Shown: positions 51,035 through 60,367 of the stretch, piece by piece
Position numbering within the stretch: the stretch's first letter is position 1
How the letters are laid out: each line of letters begins with the position of its first letter
Source of the DNA: an uncultured Candidatus Saccharibacteria bacterium
GTDB taxonomy: Bacteria > Patescibacteriota > Minisyncoccia > Phycocordibacterales > UBA9973
Assembly: GCA_964473175.1 (NCBI GenBank)
Contig: CAYYNN010000003.1
Span: 7,057-71,056 of the forward strand
Length of the DNA stretch: 64,000 nt
Direction of reading: 5' to 3'
Position numbers and translations under genes: made by a program
The notes under the pieces: model-generated
Databases searched by the model: none
What the model was told of the DNA's origin: nothing
Seen by the model: the letters and a program-made list of their open reading frames with translations, nothing else

Positions 51035-51775
51035 ATGAAAGAAGAAAAAATATATTTATATGGCAAGCACGCACTTCGCGAAGCGCTGATGGCGCGCCCA
51101 AATGCTATCTCAAAAGTCTTCCTCGATGGAAATGCCGCTGCTGATAGTGAAATCACTGACTTACTCAAGAAAAATAATATTGGCATCAGCACAATGAAAA
51201 CTGCTGAAGCGGGTAAGAAAATCGGAGATACTGCGGTACATCAAGGTGTCATTGCCGTCATCAATCCTGAGAAAATCTACACCTCATTCGAAGAGGCTAT
51301 TAAGCTTCTTGATACTGATACCAATCCATGTTTTGTGTTGCTCGACGAACTCCAAGATCCCCACAATGTCGGGGCTATCATACGGAGCGCTGCAGCATTG
51401 GGTGCCTCTGTAATACTTTTACCTGAACACAACCAATCACCAATCACAGGCACGGTCATCAAGACTTCTGCTGGTATGGCATTCCGCATACCTATTGTAA
51501 AAATAGGAAATGTAAATCAAACCATTCGATTGCTCAAAGAAAAGCGTCTGTGGGTCTATGGACTAGTGATGAATGGTACGACGGCACTTCGTGATGCTAC
51601 GTTTGACACACCGACACTGTTTGTTGTCGGTAATGAATCTACGGGCATTCGAGAGAAAACATTAGAACTTTGTGATGTTACACTCACAATACCTATGCAG
51701 CCAAACTGTGAGTCTCTCAACGCATCGGTCGCTGCGAGCGTGGTGATGTATGAATGGAGTAGGGGAAAAATATAA
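51035..51775 (+). CDS. TrmH/SpoU-family rRNA 2'-O-methyltransferase (RlmB-like)
   Basis: SpoU_sub_bind N-terminus; NVGAIIRSAAALG and NESTGI motifs. Start trimmed to the ATG that directly follows the tRNA-Tyr CCA. Confidence 0.75.
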   Translation: MKEEKIYLYGKHALREALMARPNAISKVFLDGNAAADSEITDLLKKNNIGISTMKTAEAGKKIGDTAVHQGVIAVINPEKIYTSFEEAIKLLDTDTNPCFVLLDELQDPHNVGAIIRSAAALGASVILLPEHNQSPITGTVIKTSAGMAFRIPIVKIGNVNQTIRLLKEKRLWVYGLVMNGTTALRDATFDTPTLFVVGNESTGIREKTLELCDVTLTIPMQPNCESLNASVAASVVMYEWSRGKI

Positions 51776-51782
51776 AAAAATA

Positions 51783-51821
51783 AAACACGATCATTTTCTT
51801 GAATAATCGTGTTATTTTTTT
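51783..51821. terminator. Rho-independent terminator (bidirectional)
   Basis: Hairpin aacacgatcattttcttgaataatcgtgtt followed by TTTTTTT. Confidence 0.6.
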
Positions 51822-52159
51822 CGTTTCATTTTGCTGTAGTCTGTTATCAACTCTTTCTTCTTATCAGGTAGGTTGTGGTGATATTTAATCCCGTACATCA
51901 ACAACACTACCGTTGCGGGAATTGCTAGAGAAAGATCTATCCAGTCAGGCTGTATGTTCTCGATGAGTGTACTGCTAAACACTGAAGTTACGAGCGTACC
52001 CATATATACACGTAATTTGTGCAGTGGTAATTGTTTTGTCTGGTAGGGAGCAGATGGTTCTGAATACCAGCCTCCATATTGTGCGATCCTTCCAATGTAA
52101 TGCAGTGTCCAGAAGAGATATACAACTGATAACGAACTTAGTGCGATAATAAGTGCCAT
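51812..52159 (-). CDS. Small membrane hypothetical protein (115 aa)
   Basis: Two or three hydrophobic helices. Confidence 0.35.
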   Translation of the reverse strand: MALIIALSSLSVVYLFWTLHYIGRIAQYGGWYSEPSAPYQTKQLPLHKLRVYMGTLVTSVFSSTLIENIQPDWIDLSLAIPATVVLLMYGIKYHHNLPDKKKELITDYSKMKRKK

Positions 52160-52214
52160 AGTCTTGTTTTGAGCATACTATAACAAATAGGCACTTTGTC
52201 AAATAAAAGCCGCA

Positions 52215-52511
52215 TCATTGTTGATGCGGCGATTTCTTTTTGGGGAAGTTTTTTGCAATAAGAAAGGTAGAAAATAATACCGCCAGTGGCAGGAAGTATT
52301 CAATACAGATCTGTATACGGCTGTTGGTAATCGATAACACAGAGAATAACTGAGAAAATGTATGTTTATAAGAGAAGAACATACCAATACCTACACCAAA
52401 TCCTAACGACTCCATTTTCCCACTTTGTAATCCGCCGTTTCGAGTACTGATCCACACAAGCCACATAGCAAAAAATAAAACACCAATAGAGAAAAGCAGT
52501 TTGAGTACCAT
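52215..52511 (-). CDS. Small membrane hypothetical protein (98 aa)
   Basis: Hydrophobic helices; terminator hairpin gccgcatcaacaatgatgcggc plus a T-tract at its 3' end. Confidence 0.35.
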   Translation of the reverse strand: MVLKLLFSIGVLFFAMWLVWISTRNGGLQSGKMESLGFGVGIGMFFSYKHTFSQLFSVLSITNSRIQICIEYFLPLAVLFSTFLIAKNFPKKKSPHQQ

Positions 52512-52581
52512 ATTATTTTTTCTAGATAGTATCAGTAAAATGGGACTTTGTGAAATAAGTCTTTTTTGCTAGTATCAATCC

Positions 52582-53910
52582 ATGGAATCATCTCAAAAAG
52601 TAGTGACTCGCTTTGCACCAAGTCCGACAGGGCACTTACATGCAGGGGGCTATCGAACAGCATTTTTTTCGTATTTATTTGCAAAAAAACATGGAGGGAA
52701 ATTTATATTGAGAATAGAAGATACTGATAAAGAGCGATCAGAACAGCAGTATACTGATGAAATCCTTCGAGTCTTTGAAAAGATTGGCATTTCATATGAT
52801 GAAAAATATGTCCAATCTGAGCATGTTGGTCGCCACAAGGAATTGCTCCAAAAGATGATTGGTGAGGGAAGTGCATATATTTCTCGTGAAGAAGCAAAGG
52901 ATGGGTCAGGTGTTATTAAAGATATCGTTCGGTTCAAGAATCCAAATAAAGTTGTGACATTTATTGATTTGATTCGAGGTGCTATTGCAACTGATACTAC
53001 TGATCTAGGAGATTTTGTGATTGCAAAAAATCTTGAAGAGCCGCTATTCCACCTTGCTGTTGTTGTTGATGATCATGACGAAGGTGTCACGCATGTTATT
53101 CGCGCAGAAGAACACATTGCAAATACACCGCGTCAGATATTGATTCATGAGGCGCTTGGTTTTCCGATACCACACTACGCGCATTTACCACTTGTCCTTG
53201 CGCCTGACAAAACAAAGATGAGTAAGCGAAAAGGAGCGATACCGGTTGTTGAGTATTTGGAACAAGGATACCTACCACAAGCGCTTCTCAATGCCATTTG
53301 TCTGTGCGGTTGGAATCCTGGGACAGAACAAGAGCTATTTTCACGACAAGAGCTTGAAGAAGTATTTGATCTCGATAAAGTGCAAAAAGCTGGAGCAGTC
53401 TTTAATGAAGAAAAACTACATTGGTTCAATCGTGAATATATCAAAAAGCTGGATCAAAGTGCATTTTGGACACATGGTGAGAAGTGGATACCGGCGTGGG
53501 TGTACGCGATCGATACTGAGTACACCATGCTCGCGAAGATTGAATATTTGATTCGCGACCGCATCGCGAAGTTTGCTGATATCAAAGATCTCTTTGATGC
53601 AGGAGAGTTTGATTATTTCTTCAAAGAGTCAGTAGTCGAACAAAAGATGTTGGTTTGGAAAACTGACACACTCGAGAACGCAAAGATACACCTCGCAAAG
53701 GCGAAAGAAATTCTTGAAGGAGTGAGTGATTGGAATTTGGAAACTATCAAGTCCGCACTGATGCCATACGCCGAAGAAGTTGGAAAGGGAAATGTGCTTT
53801 GGCCACTGCGCGTCGCGCTCTCAGGGCGAGAGAAATCACCAGACCCCTTTGAGCTCGCATCAATACTTGGTAAAGACGTAACAGTTGAACGCATCACCAA
53901 AGTACTATAA
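52582..53910 (+). CDS. gltX: Glutamyl-tRNA synthetase
   Basis: HIGH motif as PSPTGHLHAGG; KMSKRKG. Confidence 0.9.
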   Translation: MESSQKVVTRFAPSPTGHLHAGGYRTAFFSYLFAKKHGGKFILRIEDTDKERSEQQYTDEILRVFEKIGISYDEKYVQSEHVGRHKELLQKMIGEGSAYISREEAKDGSGVIKDIVRFKNPNKVVTFIDLIRGAIATDTTDLGDFVIAKNLEEPLFHLAVVVDDHDEGVTHVIRAEEHIANTPRQILIHEALGFPIPHYAHLPLVLAPDKTKMSKRKGAIPVVEYLEQGYLPQALLNAICLCGWNPGTEQELFSRQELEEVFDLDKVQKAGAVFNEEKLHWFNREYIKKLDQSAFWTHGEKWIPAWVYAIDTEYTMLAKIEYLIRDRIAKFADIKDLFDAGEFDYFFKESVVEQKMLVWKTDTLENAKIHLAKAKEILEGVSDWNLETIKSALMPYAEEVGKGNVLWPLRVALSGREKSPDPFELASILGKDVTVERITKVL

Positions 53911-53923
53911 AAAAATAGAAATA

Positions 53924-53957
53924 AAAATACTCCATTTCAATGGAGTATTTTTATCGT
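53924..53957. terminator. Bidirectional rho-independent terminator
   Basis: Hairpin aatactccatttcaatggagtatt flanked by A-tracts and T-tracts. Confidence 0.7.
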
Positions 53958-53974
53958 TGGCCTTGTCTTCGTAC

Positions 53975-54106
53975 TTACATTGTGTCTTTCTCAGAATCGT
54001 GAGGCATTTCGTCTGTAGGCATCATAGGTCCACAGTCGGGGCATGTCATAACACCATCCTTCTCTTCCATGACGGCGCCACATTTCTCGCATTTCATTTC
54101 TTCCAT
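53975..54106 (-). CDS. 43-aa zinc-ribbon micro-protein, absent from the ORF track (below 60 aa)
   Basis: Minus-strand translation MEEMKCEKCGAVMEEKDGVMTCPDCGPMMPTDEMPHDSEKDTM with two CxxC pairs; terminator downstream. Confidence 0.4.
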   Translation of the reverse strand: MEEMKCEKCGAVMEEKDGVMTCPDCGPMMPTDEMPHDSEKDTM

Positions 54107-54199
54107 ACGATTAACTCAAAAATTATTCTGATAGAATTATATTGTATCAATACCAGCGCAATAGGTAAAGGGGAAAACCTCTGATACAATCGCGAATAC

Positions 54200-55441
54200 A
54201 TGAACAACTTCGATGTAATCGTTATTGGGGGAGGATCAAGCGGTATGATGGCTGCTGGTACTGCTGCAGCACGAGGAAAAAAGGTATTACTTCTTGAAAA
54301 AAATAAAGAACTCGGAATGAAGCTCGCAATAAGTGGTGGAGGAAGATGTAATATTACAAATGCAGAAGAAGATGTCCGAATACTGTTGTCGCATTATGGA
54401 AAAGCTGAACAGTTTTTATATTCTTCATTTGCACAGTTTGGTATGCTCGATACGTTTAGCTTTTTTGAGTCACAGAACTTGCCTCTGGTGGTACAAGCGC
54501 GAAAAAGAGCTTTTCCTCACACAGAGCGATCAGTTGATGTTGTCGCTGTTATGAAAAAGTTTCTCGAAAAATCAAATGTAACAATCAAAACAAATGCTCC
54601 GGTAAAGAACATAGAAACCAATGATTTGGGCATCAGCGGAGTAGTGGTAGGCAAAGAAATCTTTACGGCGAAAACCTATATCGTTGCGACAGGAGGTTTG
54701 TCTCATCCGGAAACAGGGTCAACAGGGGACGGGTTTAATTGGCTGAGTAAACTGGGACACAGTGTTAAGTCTAGTACACCCACGATTGTACCGCTTGCGA
54801 CAAAAGAAGATTGGTCCAAAGTTCTTTCGGGTACATCGTTAACATTTATGAAGATCAGTTTTTTTGCAGATGGTAAAAAGGTATTTACTAAAACAGGAAA
54901 ACTCCTCTTCACGCATTTTGGGGTATCGGGACCGTTGATACTAAATAGTGCAGGGAAAATTGGTGCATTGTTTGAATCTGGATCAAAAGTTACTGCTCTG
55001 ATAGACGCATATCCCGATACTGACCTAGGATCACTTGAAGATAAGATCATCAAAATACTCGATCAAAGTAAAAATAAAATGTTTAAAAATGTAGTATCAG
55101 AAATAGTTCCACCAGGTATGGCACCAGGGATCATGATATTGCTTGCAAAAGAAATAAACTTTGAAACAAAAGTACATAGTATCAGTCGTGAAGATCGCAA
55201 GAAAATTGTTCATATACTCAAAGCGCTACCACTCACGATCACTAACTTGATGGGGTTTGATCGAGCAGTTGTTGCTGATGGTGGAGTATCTCTCGCAGAG
55301 ATCGATACAAAAACAATGCAGAGTAAAAAAATACACAACCTCTTTGTCACTGGAGACCTTCTCGACATCACTCGTCCATCAGGAGGATATTCACTGCAAC
55401 TCTGTTGGACGACGGGATATGTTGCGGGGATGAATGCGTGA
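54200..55441 (+). CDS. HI0933-family FAD/NAD(P)-binding flavoprotein
   Basis: DVIVIGGGSSGMMAAGTAA Rossmann motif; GGGRCN. Confidence 0.75.
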   Translation: MNNFDVIVIGGGSSGMMAAGTAAARGKKVLLLEKNKELGMKLAISGGGRCNITNAEEDVRILLSHYGKAEQFLYSSFAQFGMLDTFSFFESQNLPLVVQARKRAFPHTERSVDVVAVMKKFLEKSNVTIKTNAPVKNIETNDLGISGVVVGKEIFTAKTYIVATGGLSHPETGSTGDGFNWLSKLGHSVKSSTPTIVPLATKEDWSKVLSGTSLTFMKISFFADGKKVFTKTGKLLFTHFGVSGPLILNSAGKIGALFESGSKVTALIDAYPDTDLGSLEDKIIKILDQSKNKMFKNVVSEIVPPGMAPGIMILLAKEINFETKVHSISREDRKKIVHILKALPLTITNLMGFDRAVVADGGVSLAEIDTKTMQSKKIHNLFVTGDLLDITRPSGGYSLQLCWTTGYVAGMNA

Positions 55442-55453
55442 TCAGTGTATACG

Positions 55454-56023
55454 TTAGACTGCAATCGAATCGAGTAACAATCCAACACCTATTTTCTTTT
55501 CTGCAGAAAAAGGAATGATGAGATGCGGCCCTGTTATTGATTGAATTTTTGCGATGGATTTCTTGATATCGTTTGCGCCGAGCTTGTCTATTTTATTTGC
55601 AACAATAATCACTTTCTTCTTTTGTTCTAAAAGAAATGTAAGCATATCTTCATCATCAGCAGTCATTCCAACCTTGGCGTCAATAATAAGAACAACTGTC
55701 TGTTGCTGGATGTGCTTATTTCCGAAGTACCATAATATTCGATTGCGAAGGAGGTCTCGGTGAGCAAATGATCCTTTCGCGTACCCATATCCTGGGAGAT
55801 CAACAAAGTAATAGGTATTGTTTATTAAGAAGAAATTAATCTCTTTGGTATGCCCTGGGGTATTACTAGATCGTGCCAACCCTTTGGTTTCAGTCAATGC
55901 GTTGATAAGACTTGATTTACCGACATTAGAGCGTCCAATAAAAGCAACCTGAGGTAAGTTGTCGGGCACCATAGACGCGTCGTCAACGACAGAGCGGCTA
56001 AATATAGCGGAGGTTATTTTCAT
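55454..56023 (-). CDS. engB: Ribosome biogenesis GTPase EngB/YsxC
   Basis: VAFIGRSNVGKSSLINAL G1 motif and DLPGYGY. Start trimmed to MKITSAIFS. Confidence 0.8.
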   Translation of the reverse strand: MKITSAIFSRSVVDDASMVPDNLPQVAFIGRSNVGKSSLINALTETKGLARSSNTPGHTKEINFFLINNTYYFVDLPGYGYAKGSFAHRDLLRNRILWYFGNKHIQQQTVVLIIDAKVGMTADDEDMLTFLLEQKKKVIIVANKIDKLGANDIKKSIAKIQSITGPHLIIPFSAEKKIGVGLLLDSIAV

Positions 56024-56051
56024 GTGCAGAGCATAGCATTTGGTATGATAG

Positions 56052-56474
56052 ATGGCTATGCACCCACTACAAGAACTATTGCACTTTTTAGGGCTTGTCC
56101 CTGCAAAACCAAAGCGTCGAAGACGACGAGTTCTTCGTCCTAAGAGACTCGCCCCTATCCCGAAAGGCAAAAGAGAGTCCGCGAGAAAGCTCGTGCATAT
56201 GAAGCTTGAGTATTTTAATCAATTTTATAATTTCTCGTATAAAAAAGTTTTTATTAAAAATCAAAAAACGCGATGGGGAAGTTGTTCAAGTAATAATAAT
56301 CTTAATTTCAATTATCGCATCGTTGATCTTGCGCCAGAATTGCAGGATTATTTGATTGTTCATGAACTGTGTCATCTACAAGAATTCAACCACGGTAAAG
56401 CATTTTGGGATTTGGTTGCAACTCAAATTCCCAATTATGAAACATTGCGTAAAAAACTACACCACATTGATTAA
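56052..56474 (+). CDS. YgjP/SprT-like (DUF45) zinc metallopeptidase
   Basis: WGSCS segment and HELCHLQEFNH (HExxH). Confidence 0.7.
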   Translation: MAMHPLQELLHFLGLVPAKPKRRRRRVLRPKRLAPIPKGKRESARKLVHMKLEYFNQFYNFSYKKVFIKNQKTRWGSCSSNNNLNFNYRIVDLAPELQDYLIVHELCHLQEFNHGKAFWDLVATQIPNYETLRKKLHHID

Positions 56475-56501
56475 GTATTAGGAGGAAGTTTAAATGGTAT
56501 A

Positions 56502-57242
56502 ATGTATCGTATGACTACAAAAAATATTGTGATTGTATTTGCACTATTGGTACTTGCGGCATGTATTGTTGGTATTGTAAAAGAGAGTAATCAAACGGTC
56601 AGTATCCCTGTTGTGCCTTCAACGGTAACTACTATGCCAACTGAGTATTGTTATTATCAATCCACTAAAACTGCGAGTGGTTTGTATGACAAAGCATACC
56701 TGAGATTGGATATCGATACTGGTACGGTGACCGGTGAATTTAATAACTACCCCGCAGAGAAAGATAGTAAAACTGGAACTTTTAACGGAACAACTCAAAC
56801 CATTGACGGAGGAACTCAAATCGCCAATGTGATATGGAATACGCTTGGTGAAGGTATACAGGCTAAAGAAGAGTTGGCTGTCGTCTTTGATGACAAACAA
56901 GCGGCTGCTGCATTTGGTGAAATGGTACAAGGTGCAAACGGAGTCTATGTCTACAAAGACAAGGCAAGTGCAGTGTATCAAGACCCTATCCCTGCGATCG
57001 ATTGTGCACAGTATGACGAGCTACGTACTGTCGAGAAATATATAAAAACCAATATCAAAACTATCATCTCAGACAAAGCAGAACTTGGAGGTACGTGGTA
57101 CACAACAGCGCTAGTGGTGGATACCGGTACACATACAGCTGCTGTGTCGTATGAAGACGGACATAATACTGGAAAAGGGACAATCACGTATACTTATGAG
57201 GCAAGTAAGGTCACGGGTGTGTCTTTTGTAAAAGCAAAATAA
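56502..57242 (+). CDS. Membrane-anchored extracytoplasmic hypothetical protein
   Basis: N-terminal TM segment; Thr/Gly-rich. Confidence 0.45.
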   Translation: MYRMTTKNIVIVFALLVLAACIVGIVKESNQTVSIPVVPSTVTTMPTEYCYYQSTKTASGLYDKAYLRLDIDTGTVTGEFNNYPAEKDSKTGTFNGTTQTIDGGTQIANVIWNTLGEGIQAKEELAVVFDDKQAAAAFGEMVQGANGVYVYKDKASAVYQDPIPAIDCAQYDELRTVEKYIKTNIKTIISDKAELGGTWYTTALVVDTGTHTAAVSYEDGHNTGKGTITYTYEASKVTGVSFVKAK

Positions 57243-57293
57243 GGGTGTATAATTGGGAGTATTAAGAGATATTATTGAGTAACCATTTTCTGT

Positions 57294-57656
57294 ATGCAAG
57301 CATTATTTTTAATCGGACGAATTCTTCTTGGAGGGTACTTTATCTATAGTGCGTATAATCATTTCAAGGACATAGGAGGCATGAGTGGGTATGCGAAAAT
57401 GAAAGGTGTTCCAGCTGCAAAAGCGGGCGTTATTCTCAGTGGTGTCATGTTTGGAATCGGGGGACTTGCGATCGTTTTTAATAGGTATGCCATACTTGGT
57501 ATGATTGTTACTGCGCTTGCATTGATACCTATCACCATTATGATGCACCCATTCTGGAAAGAAAAAGAACCAAGCGCGAGAATGATGGAACGAATTCAGT
57601 TCACCAAAAATATCGCAATTATTGGGTCGCTCATACTATTGATATCAATAGGCTAA
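57294..57656 (+). CDS. DoxX-family membrane protein
   Basis: IGRILLGGYFIYSAYNHF DoxX signature; four TM segments. Confidence 0.7.
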   Translation: MQALFLIGRILLGGYFIYSAYNHFKDIGGMSGYAKMKGVPAAKAGVILSGVMFGIGGLAIVFNRYAILGMIVTALALIPITIMMHPFWKEKEPSARMMERIQFTKNIAIIGSLILLISIG

Positions 57657-57659
57657 GAA

Positions 57660-57690
57660 AAAAACTTCCTGGAAACAGGAAGTTTTTCTT
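57660..57690 (+). terminator. Rho-independent terminator
   Basis: Hairpin aaacttcctggaaacaggaagttt followed by TTTCTTT. Confidence 0.7.
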
Positions 57691-57729
57691 TATCAAATTT
57701 TTAGGTTCGATGTAGTACACTACATCAAC

Positions 57730-59412
57730 ATGACTCAAGCTCAAGCGCTCACTATTCTCAAGACCGGTGCCAATGTGTTTCTCACCGGTGAGCCGGGGGC
57801 GGGTAAAACACACACTATTAATCAGTATGTAGCGTATTTGCGAGAACATGGTATAGAACCCGCGATTACGGCGTCTACGGGGATTGCAGCGACGCATATC
57901 CATGGTCAAACCATTCACTCATGGAGCGGTATCGGTATTAAGCGTTCTTTGACTCCTTATGACCTTGATCATATTGCTACGACAGAGTACCTTGTTCGAA
58001 GAATACGACATACAAAAGTCTTGATACTAGATGAGGTATCAATGATTGACGCACTCACGCTTGATATGGTTGATATGGTATGTCGTGAAATCAAAAATAG
58101 CGAGGAAGTGTTCGGAGGATTACAAGTAATACTTGTTGGAGATTTTTTTCAGTTACCGCCAATTGCTAAATTTGGACAAGAGACACATTTTGCATTTGAA
58201 TCTAATGCATGGAAACAGATGCGACCAGTTGTATGTTATTTGACAGAACAGCACCGTCAGAGCGACTCAGATTTTCTCAGCATACTTTCTGCGATACGTA
58301 AGAATGAATACGATCAGCTACATCATGATTTTTTGGAAAAAAGACAAATAACTCCAGACAAGGCACTTTCTCATGAAAGTACTGTCACAAGACTTTTTGC
58401 GCACAATGTAGATGTTGATGAAATCAATACCCGTGAATTAGAAAAACTCCAGGCACTTCCAGCTATTTTTTCAATGCAAACAAAAGGGAAGGATACGCTC
58501 ATCGCGAGTTTACAAAAAGGATGTCTATCTCCAGAAAAACTTGTTTTGAAAGTGGGATCGATTGTTATGTGTACCAAAAATAATTCTCAAAAAGGGTATG
58601 TAAATGGGACACTGGGGACAGTGACTGGTTTTGAGCAAGGAACAAAATACCCAATTATTAAAACGCATACCGGAGAACGTATCGTTGTTGAACCCACTGA
58701 GTGGGTCGTCGAAGAAAATGGAAAACAAAAAGCTATGATCTCACAAATCCCTCTTCGGCTTGCATGGGCAATAACAATACACAAAAGTCAGGGTATGAGT
58801 ATGGATGCTGCGGTGATGGATCTTCGAGAAGTATTTGAATATGGACAAGGCTATGTTGCACTCTCTCGTGTGCGCACGCTCGATGGACTCCATTTGCTCG
58901 GATGGAATCAACGGACGTTTCAGGTACACCCGCGCATTCTCGAAGTTGATAGTACATTTGTTCAACGATCAGAATCAGCAGCCGTAACATTTGCTGATAT
59001 GCGCAAAGAAGATCTCGAACTCATGCACAACAACTTTGTGCTCGCATCAGGAGGAACACTGACGACGAAAACAAAAAAGGAGAAGAAGGAAAAAGGGGAT
59101 ACAGTCGACACGACGATGATGTTTGTACTGCAAGGCAAACCCATCAGTGCAATAGCCAAGGAACGTGGACTGACTGCTATGACTATTTATGGGCATATAG
59201 AGAAGCTCGTCGCAAACAAACGACTGTCGTATGAGGACATTGCATATCTGGTAGATGACAAGACACGTCGCGGATTTGCAGATATCAAGGCTGTTTTCAC
59301 GAGCTATGACACTACAAAACTTGCACCGATTCATCAACACTACAAAGGGCGCTATACTTACGACCAGATTCGTATCGCACGAATGATGATCGTATTAGGA
59401 TATCCACAATAA
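57730..59412 (+). CDS. PIF1/RecD-like SF1 helicase with a C-terminal HTH
   Basis: Walker A GEPGAGKTH; LILDEVSM; AITIHKSQG; C-terminal HTH-like segment. Confidence 0.75.
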   Translation: MTQAQALTILKTGANVFLTGEPGAGKTHTINQYVAYLREHGIEPAITASTGIAATHIHGQTIHSWSGIGIKRSLTPYDLDHIATTEYLVRRIRHTKVLILDEVSMIDALTLDMVDMVCREIKNSEEVFGGLQVILVGDFFQLPPIAKFGQETHFAFESNAWKQMRPVVCYLTEQHRQSDSDFLSILSAIRKNEYDQLHHDFLEKRQITPDKALSHESTVTRLFAHNVDVDEINTRELEKLQALPAIFSMQTKGKDTLIASLQKGCLSPEKLVLKVGSIVMCTKNNSQKGYVNGTLGTVTGFEQGTKYPIIKTHTGERIVVEPTEWVVEENGKQKAMISQIPLRLAWAITIHKSQGMSMDAAVMDLREVFEYGQGYVALSRVRTLDGLHLLGWNQRTFQVHPRILEVDSTFVQRSESAAVTFADMRKEDLELMHNNFVLASGGTLTTKTKKEKKEKGDTVDTTMMFVLQGKPISAIAKERGLTAMTIYGHIEKLVANKRLSYEDIAYLVDDKTRRGFADIKAVFTSYDTTKLAPIHQHYKGRYTYDQIRIARMMIVLGYPQ

Positions 59413-59474
59413 GATTGATAAAAAAGTGAAAGCCGTATTATACTACCTATATTAAAAACCAAGATAACCCACAC

Positions 59475-59537
59475 ATGGCCAAAGGCAACAACAGTCAGCA
59501 AAAAGACAAAAAGAAACCAAAGAAGGAAAAGAAATAA
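59475..59537 (+). CDS. Candidate 20-aa Lys-rich micro-peptide MAKGNNSQQKDKKKPKKEKK
   Basis: ATG ORF immediately followed by a strong terminator; could equally be a non-coding leader. Confidence 0.2.
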   Translation: MAKGNNSQQKDKKKPKKEKK

Positions 59538-59543
59538 CCAAAA

Positions 59544-59575
59544 GAAAGACCCCAGAAATGTGGTCTTTCTTTTTG
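59544..59575 (+). terminator. Rho-independent terminator
   Basis: Hairpin aaagaccccagaaatgtggtcttt followed by CTTTTT. Confidence 0.6.
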
Positions 59576-59631
59576 TAAAATATGTGGTATTATGGTTTCG
59601 AAATATATTTTGAACCTTTAAATAAAAAACA

Positions 59632-60297
59632 ATGGAATTTAGTAAAACACGAGCACGCTATTTATTCAATAAAATGTATGCGGCTAGTCAACGTCTTGGC
59701 TTTGATGAAGTTACTGATAAAGAAAAGAATAAAATAAAAGACATGTTATCTTATGAAGACCCTAAGATACCTCGTATTGAAGAAACAAAACATCAGGTTT
59801 CTATTAAGAAGCAGATTGAAGAGCTCACTATCTGGGCGCATTTATCGTATGATCGAAGTATAAAAAATTTCACAAAAGCAGGGCGTATCTGGATACACAT
59901 TACTGCACCAAAGCGTGAAAAAGGTGATCAGAAATTGTATACTAGTTTTTTTTCTAGAACTGAAAGTGGTAACTTTGTACGCGCTTTTATTGAAGAATTA
60001 ACTTTCTTGGTGTATGCGTTACAACAAAGACCAATTGACTCAAAGAAAAGATTTATGGAAATTCAAGAAAAGCCTACTGGTATTTTCAACTGGGTTTCTG
60101 TATCAGATCCAAAAGAAAAAATTACCTTCTTTCACAAGATTCCTTCTGGTATTCAAGATAGTATTTTAAAAACTAGAAGGATTAAGCTTTATTATCTTAA
60201 GGTTTTGAGAAAAAAATTAGGTATTAAAAAACGCGCAAGGAAAATGAGGAAAGTACGTAAATTGAAAACACCTAATAATAGAGTGCCTATACAATAG
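59632..60297 (+). CDS. Hypothetical protein with a strongly basic C-terminus
   Basis: 221 aa; tail RKKLGIKKRARKMRKVRKLK; no family recognised. Confidence 0.4.
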   Translation: MEFSKTRARYLFNKMYAASQRLGFDEVTDKEKNKIKDMLSYEDPKIPRIEETKHQVSIKKQIEELTIWAHLSYDRSIKNFTKAGRIWIHITAPKREKGDQKLYTSFFSRTESGNFVRAFIEELTFLVYALQQRPIDSKKRFMEIQEKPTGIFNWVSVSDPKEKITFFHKIPSGIQDSILKTRRIKLYYLKVLRKKLGIKKRARKMRKVRKLKTPNNRVPIQ

Positions 60298-60318
60298 TAG
60301 TTTTGTTGACCTTTTTCT

Positions 60319-60347
60319 AAGCTCGCCACTGTGGCGAGCTTTTTTAT
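60319..60347 (+). terminator. Rho-independent terminator
   Basis: Hairpin gctcgccactgtggcgagc followed by TTTTTT. Confidence 0.6.
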
Positions 60348-60367
60348 TTGCTATACTACATACACCT

